In this document: piece after piece, positions 11,893-24,400 of the stretch | Numbering within the stretch: the first letter of the stretch is position 1 | Layout: every line of letters begins with the position of its first letter | Assembly: GCF_964204865.1 (NCBI RefSeq) | Contig: NC_135252.1 | Span: 5,456,001-5,520,000, forward strand | Source: Styela clava | Lineage: Eukaryota | DNA length: 64,000 nucleotides | Reading direction: 5' to 3' | The notes under the pieces: generated by a model | Databases searched by the model: none | Told to the model about the DNA's origin: nothing | The model's input: the letters and a program-made list of their open reading frames with translations, nothing else | Position numbers and translations under genes: made by a program

Positions 11893-13149
11893 ACTTACTG
11901 ATTTGCCCCCCAAAATTATCTCTGTCAAGTTATTCGCATGTTACAATTCAATAACAGTAGCATAATATAACGATGTATACATGTTAGTTCCTGAATGGCG
12001 AAGATTCGGTATGGTATCAGACGCAAGCATTGCCCTTAGGCTATCTTAGACATAACTGCTAGAAAAGCGATAAATTGCAATCGTTATTTCTGCTTCAATG
12101 GAAATTAATTAAATAAGTCCTAATGAAGATGTTTATTCATATGTAATTAGAGATTACAGGTTGAGCACAGGTAAGCAATTTGGTAAATACCAAATGAAGA
12201 TCTCATTATATTTTGTAACTATTGGACACGAAATGGACCTATGGATCGATTTGTTATTAAGTTGTTGTTGATTTCTCTTTCATTTTTTGTTGTTATTGTG
12301 AAAAAAATGGTTTTCCTTTTAACTACTGGACTTCTCATTTAATTCATCGTAATAATATCTGTGGGTTCTATGGGATTCGTTTTTTAGTATAAATTTTTGC
12401 GTGATGACGTCGGCAGAATTAAAAATTGTGGACCATTTGTAGAAAGCCCGCCACTAATGCAAAAATGTGAGAATCAAGACAAACGACGTGACAACGTTCA
12501 AGTACTGCAGATTGCGATCGCCATGTTTTGAGTAATTGCGCGCTCGCCACCTTTAGTGTAATTGAAGAATGCAATACTTGATTCATTTGCTTCTGGATTC
12601 ATCATCACCCCTGGCAAATGGTCACCGTACAGTGGAATTGGTGAACTTTACTGAATAATTACGAAATAGTATTTTAAAAATACAGTCCGAAATATGATAT
12701 ATTCCCGTAACTTTGTTTGTTTATTTCTGGCCTCAGCTGTGACGTAATGTGATTACTCAAATGATGAGTAGCGCGACAACTCTTAATTAATCCCGTCTGG
12801 CTTACCAATCGCTGCATGGCTGTGTTAACTTGTAGACGTTTGTTTAGGTCATATTGTTAAGTTGTGCTGCTGTTCTCAATAAACGAAGTTTAGTTGTAAG
12901 CTAGTTTCTATTCTGAGCAGATAGCAATTAAGCAACGAAACACTAGCTAGGTCTGCACTTTTGTGAATTTTTTATATGTGTGTTTGCTGGTAAGGGGGCA
13001 CTTGATATTTCCATGTTTCAAACTTTTTTAACAGTTTTGCTCGTTTTTCATTTTTAATTTATGTGTAATATGGAGTTTTAAAAATAAACTATCTATGTAC
13101 CTATCTAGATATTTTTTTGAAGCGGTGAGGGTTATTTTTATTGCATAAA

Positions 13150-13745
13150 AACAAAATCCAAGACATGCAAATAACTGAAATTACACATGTTTCACATATT
13201 CCCGTAGCATTCTTTCACTCTCTTAACTATAACATAAAATTCCAATATTTATTATGTAAAGCTAATTCGTTCTGATTAATTGCATACTTTTTTCGCTTTC
13301 TTTTACACTTTGAATGAAGTTTTGAAAAATGCCAAAGATTGTTTGAATACGCTGAAGTTTACTCCGTTATATAAAAACCCAAGCACAAATTAACATAAAT
13401 TTTTTAAACATGTTATTCGAAGGGTCAAAATAATCTAAAAATGTCAGATTGTCAGTACTAAAATTTAGGTATTGATTAACTTGTGTCCGAAAATCTTGCG
13501 TGATTTGGACAATTAAAAAATGGATAAAGTAGGTCTTCAAATTGCATTTTTCACGAAATCCACGATCAAATCCATAAAAAACATTAGTTAATTAACACAA
13601 TGCCTTTCAGAAAATTTTTTGCTTGAAAAGATCTCAGTTTAGTTTCAATAGTTTAGTAAAAATTTATAGAAAAGTGTGACAGTCGATTAAAGCCTTTAGA
13701 TAAATTTATATTTTCTTTCCAAAACCGCTGTTGTTGTTGAGTTGT
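13150..13745 (-). mobile_element. Degraded L1/Tx1-clade LINE ORF2 3' fragment
   Basis: The minus strand reads [36 protein letters not shown], similar to the post-RT zf-RVT region. 13620-13740 is homologous at the DNA level to ~36780-36895. The left boundary is approximate. Confidence 0.55.
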
Positions 13746-15230
13746 TTTTTGGCGAGGTCGTTTTACAAAAGACTGTGCGCACCGTGTGGCGGTTGTACTA
13801 TCGCGATCTGGTGCCAGTCGAAGACTTGAAGATATAAAAATGTGCGTAAATGCTACTTTTGCTACTACTGTTACAAGCTGCTGATTTCGAAATTTTTGAT
13901 TGACATTTTTAAATATAAATATATACAACAAGTCACTGCAAACAATTTAAGGAAACTTAGTACTGTATCGTCTGTATGTATTTAACATTACAATCAAAGA
14001 GCATTATCATTTCCATTACCATTTCGAAATACTTTGGTTGAAGTCGAATTTGGCTATTCGATATCACTTGACCACATTTGTAGAGTAGATTTTCACTAGA
14101 AAATGAAACTGAAAATAAAACACTTGGAATCTTTCCAGCTTCTACATTTACAAATCCATATTTTCGCAGCTTGTAGAGCAGAAGAAAGGATGGCTACGGC
14201 CATGAAGTGTACGCTTCGTTCATGTATTGGCAAAAGTCAAATAGCAGGAGATCTGGATGTTCCTCTTTGCAGGTCTTCTAAGTTTCTGCGATTAAAATCT
14301 TCCCAGGATACATATAACAAGGAAGTTATGCTCAAATATGTGGACACGTAGGGCAAAACTAAATATTTTATCATAACTTCCCCGAAAATCATAAACCGTA
14401 ACTTACCAGCAACCGTACCGGAAGCCGAAAAACTCGGCTACACCACAAGGACTAAACGGGAAAATCTCAGAGACAACTCCACTACACAGGTTACCGGTGA
14501 CGGTACTACAGGTACTGTCACATATGTAATACCAAATCAGGTCCCACAGTCCACCGTTCCTCATGAAGAACTTCTTATTTTTGCTAAGCACCAGATCCAC
14601 CGGCAATCGATGATCATGGGATCAGCTGATATGCGTTCGCGGAACCGTCAAAAAGTGGCAAATTTTGGTGACGTCATAGCACACAAAAAACGATTTACAT
14701 AGAGCTCACAGAAATATTTGAAATAAATAAAAGTAATAACGTTCTAGAGAAAAATTCCATCCTTATTCACTGAAAATTCTAAAGCAATTGGTCCAGTAAT
14801 CAAAGAGAAAAGCGACTTTTCCACTCATTTTGAAGAATAAGAACAACAACATAATAACAAAACGATCCATAGGCCCACTACGTGTCCAATATTTATTAAA
14901 CGATCCATAGGTTCATTACGTATCCAATAATACTACATTAATACATCCTTTTGCAAATACGAAACAGTCTCTTAGTAGTTGAAACAAACTTTTCCTCCTA
15001 AAATTGTACGGGATTGACCCCTCTAGACGGATTGTATTATTGAGCGTATCACTCTTTTTGAGAGATGGGCCTTTTGGACTCTTCTTTGTATTTACCATAT
15101 TGTGATATTATTTGTGTATTTCCCATTGTAATATTTATGATACAAATTATGTTCGCTTGTGTGCACATGCACTTATGCATCGTAAAGTCAACTACAAGTA
15201 CAACACGCTATAAAAATATCTTTGTACGTT

Positions 15231-15528
15231 ATTACTTATTGATTTTAATCGGTAAGTATGTTGATAGGTATTTGTCTGTCTGTTTGTCTGTTAGATGCAC
15301 GCGATATCTCACGAAAGCGAGATTGAATCTGCTCAAGATTTTGCATGTGCATTCATCATATGTCGGACCAGAATCCTATTGATTTGTGATGAATTACGTC
15401 GTATAATTAGCGAGTTATTAATTAATTAGTGATGGGACACAAGGTGTCACTATGGAGTAAGAGCGCTGTTTTGGGGGTTCCTCTAACTTTCGATCGATAA
15501 GTCTTCGGTCTCTGACCGATATTCTTGT
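15231..15528 (+). mobile_element. Non-autonomous Helentron-associated (HINE/DINE-1-like) element
   Basis: 5' palindrome tacttattgatt-tt-aatcggtaagta, (gtct)n microsatellite, 3' subterminal inverted repeat atcgataagt, 3' hairpin tcggtc-tct-gaccga, and a terminal ttcttgt. Confidence 0.7.
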
Positions 15529-15907
15529 CAGTTACTCTTTAGCTGTTACTTCGGTACTGTAAAAGATTTGGAGCCAGTATTACTTCGTTTCTGATTTTCG
15601 TGTTCGTATATTTGAACATTGGTCTCTTGTCGTCTCTGTCATGATAAATTGTCCACTAACAAAGCAAAATGCACCGGCAGAACACTCAACTAAATAGTGC
15701 TGTGAGCGTGTAAAAGAAAGCCATGAAAAAAAAAAGATTGAGTACCACTGGTCTAGACTAGAGCAAATTAGTTTGTTTCAAGTGTCCCACGCTTGTATCG
15801 CTTGCCACATATGTATCCATTCTCCCATTTGTATTACTCGCACAAAGGCACAAAACACATGGGGACAAATCCAATTATAAATAAGACAAGCGGAAAAAAG
15901 CTGAATC

Positions 15908-16265
15908 CCTAATGAACGAGAAATATGTGGATAAACACTTAATAAATCAGATGTATGTGAATAAAAAACCTAGTGATTTAAATGTATGCGGATAAAACAC
16001 CTGACGATTAAAATGTACGTGGATAAAACACCTAATGTTTAAGATGTATGTGGATAAAACACATAAAGATTAATATGTATGTAGATAAAAAACCTAATGA
16101 TTAAGATGTATGTGGATAAAACACCTAATGAATGAGATGTATGTGAATAAACACCTAATGATTGTGATGTAGGTTGATGAAACACCTAATCCATGAAATG
16201 TATATGAACAAAATACTTGATGGATAGAATGTATGTAGACAAAATCTTTTAGTGAATGAGATGTA
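15908..16265. repeat. Minisatellite, ~30-31-bp unit, about 12 degenerate copies
   Basis: Consensus approximately atgtatgtggataaaacacctaatgattaag, head to tail, decaying at both edges. Confidence 0.9.
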
Positions 16266-17689
16266 AGAGAACATAACATTAGGCGAATTAGATGCACGCG
16301 GTTGATAAGGGACAAGTGAGTAACACACAACACGTGAGTAAAGTAGGACAGGTAGGTCACGGAGTGTTTGAGACATCGATATCAAGGTAGAACTCATACA
16401 CATATACTGTCAATCAATTATTAATACACAGCCATTCATCACTACTTAGCTTTCTATGTCGATCTCGTAACAATGAATTTCAGTATGTCACGCTCTTTGT
16501 TCTGAAATTTTAGGAAGTATCCTTAGTATTGGGCTTTTATGTTTTTAAAGTGACTGTTTTTCATGTTTCATTTTATTGGACACGAAATGTACGTATAAAT
16601 CGTTTTGTTATTATGTTGTTGTCATTCTTGTTCATTTCCTTGGTATTAGTATTTTTCTTGTTGTTGTTGTGTCTTGCTTTTCTCACTAACTACTGGGCCA
16701 ATTACTTTCAAATTGGTTAAAGATTGAAGGCAATTACTTATATTTATTTCAAATATTCCTGTGGGTCCAATAGGATACGTTTTTTGTGTGCAAAGCCGTC
16801 GAAATCATAAATTGCGCACCTTGTGGCGGTGGTTTACTGTGACATGTGGCATATCCGTACAAATTCGTTTTGCCATTCTTGACTATATATTTGAGCATCG
16901 CTCCAAGTCTGTTGTTCAACTTAAGTTTGGAGTGATAGTCATTCAAACAGAGTAAATTGTGAGTAACTGCAGGAATAAACTTAGTCACTGATGTCAATTA
17001 TTGCAATAATAAAATCTCAGCAACATAGATTGAATGTTCTATATGGGATCCGACTTTTTTGGGTGTTTCTAGTATATATTACGCGCACATAAAATCACAC
17101 TATATCACTCAATATCCATATTTGGGTAATAATACCAGTTATTGCATATATTCGTATCCTTGGCTGATTGTGTATACCACGTTGACGACATCCTTCTAAA
17201 ATGCAAGCAATGGTATCTTATAACTCAAGAAACTGCCTGTGACGTCTGGTATAGCACTGGTAGTTTTCAACAAAAAATATCAACTTACAATTTTTGAGAA
17301 ATATATAGAATCGGTTGGAGGAACACAGCAACTTTTGTAACATTCCGAGAAAAGGTGGTGGGGGCTATCGCGACTGCGATCGGCTATTAATTTATCGAAC
17401 GCTATGTTATAAATCAAGTTGTCTTTATTTCTTCTCGTTAAGGACTTGTTTAAAATAATTGCAGCAAAGTCCTTAGCCTACTCTATTATATATTATAGAT
17501 ATTATAGAATAATGATAGCAAAACTTGCCTTTACTCTTTTTAGTCCGGCAGAAAAGGGGGCCTTTTTGGCCCAAGTTTGATTTCAGACATAAAGTATTTT
17601 TTATTTGTGATTATTCATCTTGGGGTCATTGCCCATCATTTCTACATGGGTGTGGAGTTTGCAGCCTTGAGCAATTTTTTTTACGGCTC

Positions 17690-18029
17690 GATATTTGTAT
17701 TAGTGTTTTCTCGTGAAACCTGTGCATCATAATGACGCACAACCTGAACCATAACCTGTTACAATACTATGTTCAGGTTGTGCGCAATCTTGGTGCACAA
17801 ACTACGCAAGCACCAAATTTACGAAGAAATAAAATCAATACCTTTTAGGTATTTATTGAGATATTTGTATTAGTGTTTTTCGTCAAACATGTGCATCATA
17901 ATGACGCACAACCTGAACCATAACCTGTTACAATACTATGTTCAGGTTGTGCGCAATCTTGGTGCACAAACTACGTAAGCACCAAATTTACTAGGAAATA
18001 AAATCAATAACTTCTAGGTATTTGTTGAG
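17690..18029. repeat. Tandem duplication (~170 bp x2), each copy holding a truncated 110-bp hairpin MITE
   Basis: 17690-17859 and 17860-18029 are nearly identical. Each has gcacaacctgaac...gttcaggttgtgc. Confidence 0.9.
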
Positions 18030-20235
18030 CACAGCTTTGGGTCGCGACCCATATACAGTATATGAAAATACTGTCGAAACATACGCGTAAAATAAAGAGT
18101 ACTATTTCAAAATACCCGTTTTTGTTGCAATTAACAACACAAGCCTGCTAATGCAGTCGCCATTTGTTCAAGTGGATATACACCCGGTGGAGAACAGTCA
18201 ATTATTTGTTAGCGAGAATTGTTATGCAGCGGGATGATCACGACGACGCAGTGAAAGATAATGATATCACGAGAACAAGAATGAGAAAATTGCTACATTT
18301 TATAGTATATCCCTGGAAAAGAATGTAGTTCATTCTTATGTTCCATGCCAATGCTCTTCAAACTACCAAAGACTCTCAACACTTTTGCTTCTTCTCTTCT
18401 ATAAAATTCCCCCTTTTAAGAAAACCTGTCATGAACTAAAAGAGGCGACCGTGCTTCTCTTGCCTGTTGTCATGCTGTCCCAGGAATTCTGCTACAACAA
18501 AAATTTCACGAAAACGAATTTTTAAATTTTATGGTTTTATTAATATTCTCAACAATGAATGATATACGGGTGGTAAAATGCCAAGTTATTCCAACAACAT
18601 GATCATGTTTTGCAATTTACAACCAATATTTTGTATGTAACTTTGTTTGACAGAGCCCCAAGAGCTCTAACTACAAATATCAAAAATGTGAGGCCAAAAA
18701 AGTCACACTACAACATTGCCAAATGTACTGTATTTACCATAGATAACAGGTTTACCAAAAAGAATTACATGAAAAATGTTAAAATAAAGATCAATTCAGC
18801 AATATATACTTGGTGATATGCATCTGTTGATGATTTCATGTGTTTCTTTCGGAAGTTTAATAACAGAATTAATTGTGGTTGTTGGGGATGTTTTAAAAAA
18901 AGGTTGCATGGAAAAAAGGTTTTCACAAAATGTCAAGGTTTGATAGTAGTAGAGAAGTAGAAAAAATACTCCCATGTTTTTTTTTTCATTTGATAACCAC
19001 GCCACAGAACTTCCCCGATAAGTATACGCAGCAATTGCGAGAGGCAGAAATGCCAAGATGGGATTTCATCGCATTGCAAACCAATATTAGCAATTCTTAT
19101 ATATATTCGCGCAATCCCATCTGAACAGCGTGGAAAAGATTATACCCATCTACACACTTTAAGAGCTATGTCAGATGAGCGTCATATTATCGAATATCAG
19201 TAAAGGAATAGTGCAATGGGAAAAGACATATAAGGCGGAACTTTCAGTAGTATGCAATCAAATAATCTTATTGTAGAATATATATTTAAAAACATTTCGT
19301 CACGCCAACTGCAGTCCGAACCTTTTGTCTCTGGCTGAGCTTAGATACCAATTAGCACTCATATAAACTGGTAAGACTGTAAGAGGCACGCGATGGAGCA
19401 GATACTAAGAGTATCCATTCCCCAGCTGTCATTTGAGTGGGTACTGCTGTTTTTATTGCAGATGTTACTGATCTTTTTGTATTAAAGATTTACTGGCATC
19501 ACCGATTTAAGGATGTTGGAAACCAACCAACCATATTACAAACATTACTTTCAACACGCGGTTTGAATGAATAAAAAAGCTGAAACTAGTATTCTTTAGA
19601 ACAGCATACAAATTCTATGGAATGAAACCATACACAAAAGCTCGTCAAAAACCTATAGCTCAATAATCAAGTGGAATTTGATGCATGTGCGCAAAAATGT
19701 GCGCGTTACTACGTACAACCGAAGCACGCAGGAAAATGTGTGTGATGTACTAGTATTCAAAACGTTTCACTCAACTGTGTTAGCATAACAGGTGTACATC
19801 TCGGTTTCGCACACGCATACCTTCTATCTCCACAAGGATATATTAATTCTGCCAAAGTCAATGCAGCACTGAAAGGTTGCGGTTTTCCCAAAAGAAAACA
19901 CGTTACACATCTTTAGATACCAGTGGATGGTTTTACATGGCCTTGTTCGGAGTGAAAGACGAGGTCAAATATTCCAATCCAATTCAACTAATAAAATATT
20001 TCCCAAGTCCCTAAGCTTAAACTAGGAAAACGAAATGCGCGCAGCAACGCAAGTGTAGTTTGAAGAGCGCAATAGAAAGTGGCTAGATGCTGTCGATGGA
20101 TCTTGGCTTGTATTAGTGAAATAAACTACCATTTATTCAACTAAAATTGAATTTCTGACATTGTAAGAAGATTCAATGTTACTATGTATGCAAAACTAAA
20201 CCATGTAGTTATGAAATAATTATTTTTAACAAGAA

Positions 20236-20344
20236 GGCGCTCCTGAAGTATTTGTACCAAGATGACGCACAACCTGAACATTGTCTGTTTATCAGGTTAG
20301 GGTTCAGGATGTGCGTCATCTTGGACCGAATACTTTAGATCCAC
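20236..20344. mobile_element. 110-bp hairpin MITE copy
   Basis: ggcgctcctgaagta...ccaagatgacgcacaacctgaac / gttcaggatgtgcgtcatcttgg; same family as 61173-61282. Confidence 0.8.
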
Positions 20345-21400
20345 TTAAAAAAATTTGCTCAACATTATATACTCCACACCCACTTGGGTATCATTATATA
20401 TGTCATATACATTATATCTAAACAATAAAAAAAACTTTATGTCCCAAAACAATGTTAAGGCCCAATTCTGCCGGACTATTTCTAGATTATGGAACAATTG
20501 GCTTATGATAGTAGGCTAAGTTTTTTTCATTGTTGTATATTCCACTTCCGTTGAAATCTATAGTATATATGTAGGAAATCATGAACTAAATATTCTTACA
20601 TATTACAATTTGAATTTTTTTAATGTTGTATATTCCACTAGAATCGTCAATATTATACCTTAAAATAAGATATTTTATTTGAAAAAATTAAATTTGTTTT
20701 ATTAAAAAATAAAAGGCAATAGGAAACGCTCTTCATATAAATGATGCTATGGAATTTATTCCTCATCATATATACATTATTAAAGATTTATTGATCCAAA
20801 TAAAGTTGGCGGAGACCAGTTATTCACAAGGTCATAAGCGTTTCCGTGCCATATAAAATATTAGCATCTTCTGGCTCTGTTAATTAACATTTGAGTGACC
20901 CGAATATTATCTTGATAGCAGGCTTTTCTACAGGGACTGACATATTGGCAGGAAATATAGACAAATATAGTTTTTAAATTACATGCCACGCAGATTAATG
21001 TTGCGTTGATTTTATGACAATATAATCCCCAATGCTACGAATATCAGTACGTTTATACACGATGCTACACGCCATTAGGGAGAACGAAAATTATAGTGGA
21101 GAATAGCATAATCCTTTGTCAATTATGACTGACGTCCATCCGTTATATAGTGTTTAGATTAATCCAAAAATTACCACAAGAGTTTTAAATAAATATTATA
21201 ATAGAATATAATAACTTATTGCCATGTTATAGCGGACGCAATTATCGGTAATGACGATTTGATTTTCTGGGGAAATTATAAATACCATTGTATTAATAAA
21301 AATAATTAGGCAAAATTATCTCAAATTCAGTATAAATATTGATGTCGGGACTAAAGTTACACCAATTTTTTTACCGAAGTTTCTCTTAAGTTATTCTGCC

Positions 21401-24400
21401 ATGAGCGTTTTACGTTCGTGTTTATCGATTTTGTTGCTGGGCTGTGTCGTACAAGGTAAGCTTCTTTTGAATTCGTTTTACTTGATTAATTAATGCGAAA
21501 AGTATATTTAATAAAACGCCAAATAATAAACACATAGTATATATCAAAACCTGATTAAAATTTTATCAAGAACGAGTGTGTTCGTCAAAAAATATGACCA
21601 AGTCTCCAACAAAAGTGCTGATCGTTAGGTATAAATAATATTTGATTACTGATGTGATGTTTTCTGATATTCAAATCCTATTCTAAATTGATTGTGATTA
21701 GAAAGTTTGTCAATGGTATCGAATATAAGATTTTCATTGCCTCGGGTTCCGTTTTAAATTCCGATACCTTGTCTTTTTTTTTTGCATGAGTCAAAAACCA
21801 TACTGTTAATATTTGGCGAGAAAACTTCACGGTCTTGTTTATTCACGATGGGTTCCAGGCTCCGGTAATAGTAATAAAACATTATTATATATTTAAGACT
21901 AATACAGTCCAGTTATAGCTACATATGACACGAGTGCAAAGCAGGTCCGTGTTTAGTATTTGCAGTATATTATCTTATCTTTATAATTAGTTGATTGTTA
22001 TTATCTGAAATGTAATACTACTCTATTTAACTCGTTTAATTAATGTAAAGTTAGGTAAGCTTGAAAGTTAACCTATGCATAGTTGCAAAGGCAATGGTAA
22101 GCGTACAAGGAAAGTCACGTTACTGGTTTTTATTCTAATGTTTTAGGGCGTTTTTTAATTGCAATTTATTTGGAAATAATGTTTGAAACCCAATATTTCA
22201 GTAGCTACTAAAACACGTCACAAATTCGCGTTAGTATTAACAATTTTTTATTTGGCATTCAATGTACAAGGTCATCTAGTTTTAATCACGCGTCGACTTC
22301 TGAAAGTGTGTCTGCAATGTCAGACATCAAAATACAGCGACCTCGCGGAAGATGTTTCAAAATGCCGCATTATAAATTAGCAAACAAGATTCACTTCAAA
22401 GAGGTATTTACTATCATAGGAATAGGCTCCACAAATTAGTTAATTGCCTTTATTAATCGACATTTACGTCAATCGTTAATTAGTCAACATAGCAGAAAAA
22501 TTAACAAATGACGGAGTTAGTAATTTAGGTTAATTGCCCAAATTCATATCTATGTATGTTACAAAAATCTACCCCAAGTTAATTGAATTTAACGACTACT
22601 CAAGAAATTTTTCGTGGTCAAGCATGAAATATATATAGCACGATCTATATATATATCGCGTAATGCAAAATGTTTGTCTTTACTTAAGTACAGTTAAAAC
22701 ATATTGCAACATACTACATCAGATGCCATGACTTCAAAATTATAAATTACGATTAAAATTGAAATTGAATTTTTTGCTGTAGTTGTTGGATTATTTCGTT
22801 TCTCGGTGTGTACATGATTCTTGACCAGCACCGTTGCCGTTAGCGCATAATTGTACCAACAACATTGTTTTATAAATTACAACTCATTTGAAGAAAAACA
22901 CTATAATTTTTATCCGGGTGGTCTGACATATACCAATTGATCTAATGGATTCGCTAAGCTCGTACGACATGACTTATTAAACAGTATTAAAGTTAAAATA
23001 GTATTAATGAATTGAGTATGACAATGTACCATACTCAATTAACTTAATTAAACTTAAGTAACAATTATCTGCACTTAGTAAAATACCAAATAACACAACA
23101 CTAAATATAGCATTTTTCATGATAATAGCGGAAATATGCTTTGCTAACTTATTATTAAGATTCATTTGGTGTCGAACAGGTGGTCAGGTTAATAACGTTT
23201 ATGACGTTTGTACTCCAAATAGCTTTAGTCTCCAAGCGATGTCGAATATTTAAGCTTTAGTTTTGTTCTTTAATATTTATAGTAAACACGTCATATCCGA
23301 ATTCAATTATTCTTCCATTTATGTGTTCATAAATATATTCCCCATATTTGTTCATGAAGATAAATTTTAATTTTTCTTATTTCTTCATATACGACAGCCT
23401 GCGTTCTGATTATAGCTTTCAATAATTGAATATGATTTTTCACAGGCCATTACAAATGTCGCGAAAATGAAATATGGAAATCTTCTTTGTTTGGAGGATC
23501 TTGTCAATGTGTAGAAGGATACAAACCAAACGTTCTTGGAATATGCGAAAGTAATTTTTGTCTTTTTTCTAAGATATAAAAAAATTCAAACTGTTTTTGA
23601 TGGTAAAACTAACAATTCCTTTTTCCTTATTAAAGTACATGCTTTATTTTGAATTTTAGAACCCGATCTTTGTTCCGGTAAAAACTGTCCTAAACATAGT
23701 CACTGTGAAAATGGAGTCTGTGTATGCGATCCTGGTTGTGAAATAAGACACGGAATATGTGAAGGTAAATCTTTATTTTCCCATTGGAATAGACAATTTC
23801 AAAAGTGCGGGTGCGCTTTGCCTTTGCTGAATCCTCGTAGCGATTTGTCCTTTTGATGCAATATCGAATTTATCCGAATAAGAATCTAGTGAAATATTCA
23901 TTCAAAAGGACCTTGTCATCAAAGAAATCAACCATACCTTTTGATGGGTCTTATTTTACTTCGGTTGTGGAAGAAACAGTCACTAGACTGATCGAATATG
24001 CAAGTCTCAATATTTAACGTATCATGAGTTAATTTTATTTATTCAAAATTATTATTTTCCTTTTCAGAAAGTTTATCTAAGCGATTCAATAACGAAGGAA
24101 AAGAATTGATATATGGTATGATTTTGAGAATATATCGTTACCTCCGTTGAGCACAAATTAATTTATAAATAAAACCGCGGGAATTTAAATTAGTTTTCTT
24201 CTCGAATGAAACTACTACTCAGTTTTAAATAGTCTATTACCTCAGTGTAAAACAAATTATATTTATACCACCAAACTTACATCATGAATCAGTTTGTTTG
24301 AAAGTATGTAAACGTAAAGCAGTTTAGTTGCAAGATGTTCGAGTGACAATATACAATGCAGACTGTAACAGGTGAATACACTTCCAGTAGATACCATATT

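Larger units (their letters stand above)
11625..16830. mobile_element. Dispersed repeat (MITE-like) family with terminus TATTGGACACG; copies at ~11625-11695 (-), ~12218-12430 (+), 14334-14896 (-, both ends present) and ~16573-16830 (+)
   Basis: Shared blocks tattggacacg...atcgttttgttattatgttgttgt, taactactgg and aatat..ctgtggg. The 14334-14896 copy has inverted ends aaatat(g)tggacacgtag / ctacgtgtccaatattt. Confidence 0.7.

Noticed and set aside
15908-16265. CRISPR-like appearance of the ~31-bp repeats
   Set aside because: Units are contiguous with no unique spacers, there are no cas genes, and the context is eukaryotic.
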